Source: Actinomycetota bacterium (lineage in GTDB: Bacteria; Actinomycetota; UBA4738; HRBIN12). From it: a stretch of DNA of 64,000 nucleotides. The notes beneath the pieces were generated by a model that saw nothing but the letters and a program-made list of their open reading frames with translations, was not told the origin of the DNA and did not search any database. Positions 61,361 to 64,000 of this stretch are shown in pieces. The stretch is taken from positions 23,903 to 87,902 of the forward strand of contig JBEVGU010000038.1 in NCBI GenBank assembly GCA_040511595.1, read 5' to 3'. The translations under genes and the position numbers were made by a program. Each line of letters starts with the position of its first letter. The stretch's first letter is position 1.

Positions 61361-62248
61361 ATGAAGGTGACACCTGGTATCAACCGCGCCAAGACATGGG
61401 TCCTGATCGCGGGACTGCTCGGCCTCTTCCTGGTGATCGGGTACCTGATCGGCGGACGGGAGGGCGCGACGATCGCGCTCGTGCTCGGCCTCGGCTTCAA
61501 CCTCGCGATGTATTGGTGGTCGGGTTCGATCGCGGTCCGCTCGACCCGGTCTCGTGAGGTGAGCGAGGCGGAATACCCGCAGCTGTATCGCATCGTGCGG
61601 GAGCTGACCCAGGCCGAGGGCATGCCGATGCCCGGCATCTACGTCTCGGAGATGCAGCAGCCCAATGCGTTCGCGACCGGACGCAATCCACAGAACGCCA
61701 AGGTCGCCGTGACGAAGGGCATCCTGCAGATCCTGGACGAGCCGGAGCTCCGCGGTGTGCTGGCTCACGAGCTGAGCCACGTCGCGAACCGCGACATCCT
61801 GGTCAGCTCGATCGCCGCCGCGATCGCCACATCGATCAGCTACCTGGCCATGATGGCCTTCTGGTTCGGGGGCGACGACGAGGGAGGGAACCCGATCGTG
61901 CTGCTGGTCGCGTGGATCCTGGCGCCGATCGCGGCGGGGTTGATCCAGATGGCCATCTCGCGCTCGCGCGAATACCAGGCCGACGAGTCCGGCGCGTTCC
62001 TCTCGCGGGACCCGCAGGCCCTCGCGAGCGCGCTGCAGAAACTGGAACAGACGAGTCGCCGGGTGCCTCCCCCTCGGTCGTTGCAGCCCGGCGAGGCGCA
62101 TCTGTTCATCGTGAACCCGCTGGCCGCGGTCAAGGGTCGCGGCATCATGAGCTTGTTCTCGACTCACCCGCCGACCGAGGAGCGGGTCGCGCGCTTGATG
62201 GCGGTGCAGGAAGAGATCTATCGCCAGCAGGGCCCGATCGGGCGCTGA
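61361..62248 (+). CDS. htpX: zinc metalloprotease HtpX (M48 family)
   Basis: HELSH zinc motif. Four TM helices. Confidence 0.85.
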   Translation: MKVTPGINRAKTWVLIAGLLGLFLVIGYLIGGREGATIALVLGLGFNLAMYWWSGSIAVRSTRSREVSEAEYPQLYRIVRELTQAEGMPMPGIYVSEMQQPNAFATGRNPQNAKVAVTKGILQILDEPELRGVLAHELSHVANRDILVSSIAAAIATSISYLAMMAFWFGGDDEGGNPIVLLVAWILAPIAAGLIQMAISRSREYQADESGAFLSRDPQALASALQKLEQTSRRVPPPRSLQPGEAHLFIVNPLAAVKGRGIMSLFSTHPPTEERVARLMAVQEEIYRQQGPIGR

Positions 62249-62259
62249 GCTTCGGCGAC

Positions 62260-63639
62260 CTACGACATCGTGCCGAGCACCGCGCGCACGTGGTCGATCG
62301 TCGTGCGGGGGTTCACGAAGCACAGGCGTGCGAGCTTCTCGCCCTTCCATGTCGTGGGTTGCACGAACGCGATCTGCGCCTCGAGCAACCGACGCCACCA
62401 CGCCTCGTAGTCCGCGTCGCCCCACCCTCGTCGACGGAACAGCACGACCGAGAGCTCGGGGTCCATCAGGAGCTCGAGCTCGTCGCGCGTGCGGATCTCC
62501 TCGGCCGTCTCGCGGGTGAGCGCGAGCACCCGCTCCACCGCGTCGCGATACGCATCGGTGCCATACGTCGCGAGCGAGAACCAGAGGGGGAGTCCGCGCG
62601 CTCGTCGCGACAGGTGATAGGCGTAGTCGGCCGGGTTCCACTCGCTCCACTCGGCGTTGGCTTGGTTCACCGTGTCGAGGTAGCCGGCTTCCTGCCGGAA
62701 GACCCCGTGCGCGACCGCGGGGTCTCGATAGACGAGGGCGCAGCAATCGTAGGGAGCGAACAGCCACTTGTGCGGGTCGACGATGAAAGTGTCGGCTCGC
62801 TCGATGCCGCGGAAGCGATCGCGCACGCTGGGCGCGGCGAGCCCGGCACCCCCGTAGGCGGCATCGACGTGGAACCAGATCGAGCGGTCGGCGCACACGT
62901 CGGCCACGCCGGCGAGGTCGTCGACCGTGCCGGCGTTCGTCGCGCCGGCGCTCGCCACCACCGCAAACACGCTCGGGGCTCCCTCGGGGCCCAGCGCGTC
63001 GAGCGTGGCGGCGAGCTCCGCGCCGGTGAGCCGCCCGCGTTCGTCGCCCGCCACGTCGACGACGCCGACGTCGATCACGCGGGCGGCGGTAACGACCGAC
63101 GAGTGCACGCTGTCTGCGACAGCGATCTTCCACCCCCCGGCCGGACGGCCTCCGAGACGCGCGGACGCCGTGGCACGGGCAGCGACGAGCGCCGACAGGT
63201 TGCCCGCAGAGCCGCCGCTCACGAAGATCCCGCCCGCCGCGGTCGGGAAACCGGCGAGGTCGGCGAGCCAGCGAAGCGCCTGGTTCTCCGCCCAGATCGC
63301 GCCGGCGCCGTCGATCCAGCCGGCGGCGATCGTCGACGATGCGCCCACGATCAGGTCGAAGAGGACCGCGGCCTTGGTCGGGGCGCCGGGCACGAAGGCC
63401 ATCGACGATGGATGGTCGGTCGAGATCGTGGCGGGAGCGAGCACCTCGGCCCACACCCGCAAGGCTTCTTCGCCACCGATGCCCTCGGGGATGACCGTCT
63501 CGCCTGCCCTGCGCGAGAGCTCCTCGACCGTGGCCGAGCCGTCGAGCGGTTGGGGGCTCGCGATGCGGTTGCGGGCGTACGCGACGATCGCGCGCGAGAG
63601 CGCGTCGGTCTGGTCGGTGTAGCGGTGCATGTCGCCCAT
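62260..63639 (-). CDS. PLP-dependent group II amino-acid decarboxylase
   Basis: DPHKWLF lysine motif. Group II decarboxylase similarity. Confidence 0.8.
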   Translation of the reverse strand: MGDMHRYTDQTDALSRAIVAYARNRIASPQPLDGSATVEELSRRAGETVIPEGIGGEEALRVWAEVLAPATISTDHPSSMAFVPGAPTKAAVLFDLIVGASSTIAAGWIDGAGAIWAENQALRWLADLAGFPTAAGGIFVSGGSAGNLSALVAARATASARLGGRPAGGWKIAVADSVHSSVVTAARVIDVGVVDVAGDERGRLTGAELAATLDALGPEGAPSVFAVVASAGATNAGTVDDLAGVADVCADRSIWFHVDAAYGGAGLAAPSVRDRFRGIERADTFIVDPHKWLFAPYDCCALVYRDPAVAHGVFRQEAGYLDTVNQANAEWSEWNPADYAYHLSRRARGLPLWFSLATYGTDAYRDAVERVLALTRETAEEIRTRDELELLMDPELSVVLFRRRGWGDADYEAWWRRLLEAQIAFVQPTTWKGEKLARLCFVNPRTTIDHVRAVLGTMS

Positions 63640-63661
63640 CGACGGTGCACCGCGAGCGCGG

Positions 63662-64000
63662 CTAGCGCACGAGCTCCTGGCAGAACTCGCCGAACGCGTC
63701 GACGTAGATCTGGATGTCGTCCTCGGTGTGCTGCACCGAGATCGTCCACTGCTCCTCGTCGCCGGGCGTCATGAAGATGCCCCGGTTGACCATCCACGGG
63801 TACGAGGCCCAGTAGATCTCAGGGATCGTCTCCAGGAAGTCCCGGTAGTTCGTGAGCGGCTCGGCCCGATAGGAGACGCAGCCCTTGGCCCCGAGATCGA
63901 CTGTGTGCGCCGGGATGCCGCTGTCGGCGATCGCCCGGTTGCATCCTTCCGCGAGCATCGTGCCGAGCTTGCCGAGGTGGTCGTAGGCGTCGCGAGTGAG
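63662..64000 (-). CDS. class-III aminotransferase (glutamate-1-semialdehyde aminomutase-like), C-terminal part; 5' end outside window
   Basis: The reading frame stays open to the window edge. C-terminal GSA-AT-like sequence. Confidence 0.7.
   Translation of the reverse strand, partial: LTRDAYDHLGKLGTMLAEGCNRAIADSGIPAHTVDLGAKGCVSYRAEPLTNYRDFLETIPEIYWASYPWMVNRGIFMTPGDEEQWTISVQHTEDDIQIYVDAFGEFCQELVR

Noticed and set aside
61049-63454. 801-aa minus-strand ORF
   Set aside because: It is antisense to htpX and out of frame with the decarboxylase gene. R/G/D-rich shadow frame.

Overview
This is a high-GC (~70%) actinobacterial-type chromosome segment with dense, translationally coupled genes (many ATGA/GTGA/TGATG stop-start overlaps). 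Most of the window is an aerobic respiratory supercluster, which is described next.

A Firmicute-style cytochrome b6c complex (split cytochrome b carrying the heme-ci cysteine, a Rieske protein and a monoheme cytochrome c) lies on the minus strand. It is preceded by a translationally coupled 2x[4Fe-4S] ferredoxin. Downstream on the plus strand are System II cytochrome c biogenesis (ccdA-resB-resC), a caa3-type oxidase (ctaC with fused heme c, ctaD, ctaE, subunit IV, ctaG), a membrane protein with three tandem cupredoxin domains, a ResA/TlpA-like thiol-disulfide oxidoreductase, and a fused heme A synthase / heme O synthase (CtaA-CtaB).

Further downstream are a polyprenyl synthase and a geranylgeranyl-reductase (MenJ-like) gene. 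Rex operators precede both this locus and the b6c locus. The window holds a complete 14-gene nuoA-N operon, a second polyprenyl synthase, and then a second, diverged complex-I-like operon, nuoA-B-C-H-I-J-K-L-M-N, that lacks nuoD, nuoE, nuoF and nuoG. It also holds the redox regulators Rex and SigK/RskA.

The 5' quarter encodes an aminotransferase / CoA-transferase / HDAC-like deacetylase catabolic operon and a ClpS-DUF2017 pair. A ~600-bp low-GC non-coding stretch is followed by a low-GC glyoxalase-family (VOC) gene. A conserved HTH / Clp1-like kinase / bS22 ribosomal micro-protein neighbourhood follows.

I found no rRNA, tRNA, CRISPR array or transposase. Many long listed ORFs are antisense or alternate-frame high-GC artefacts. 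Stated coordinates may be off by one.
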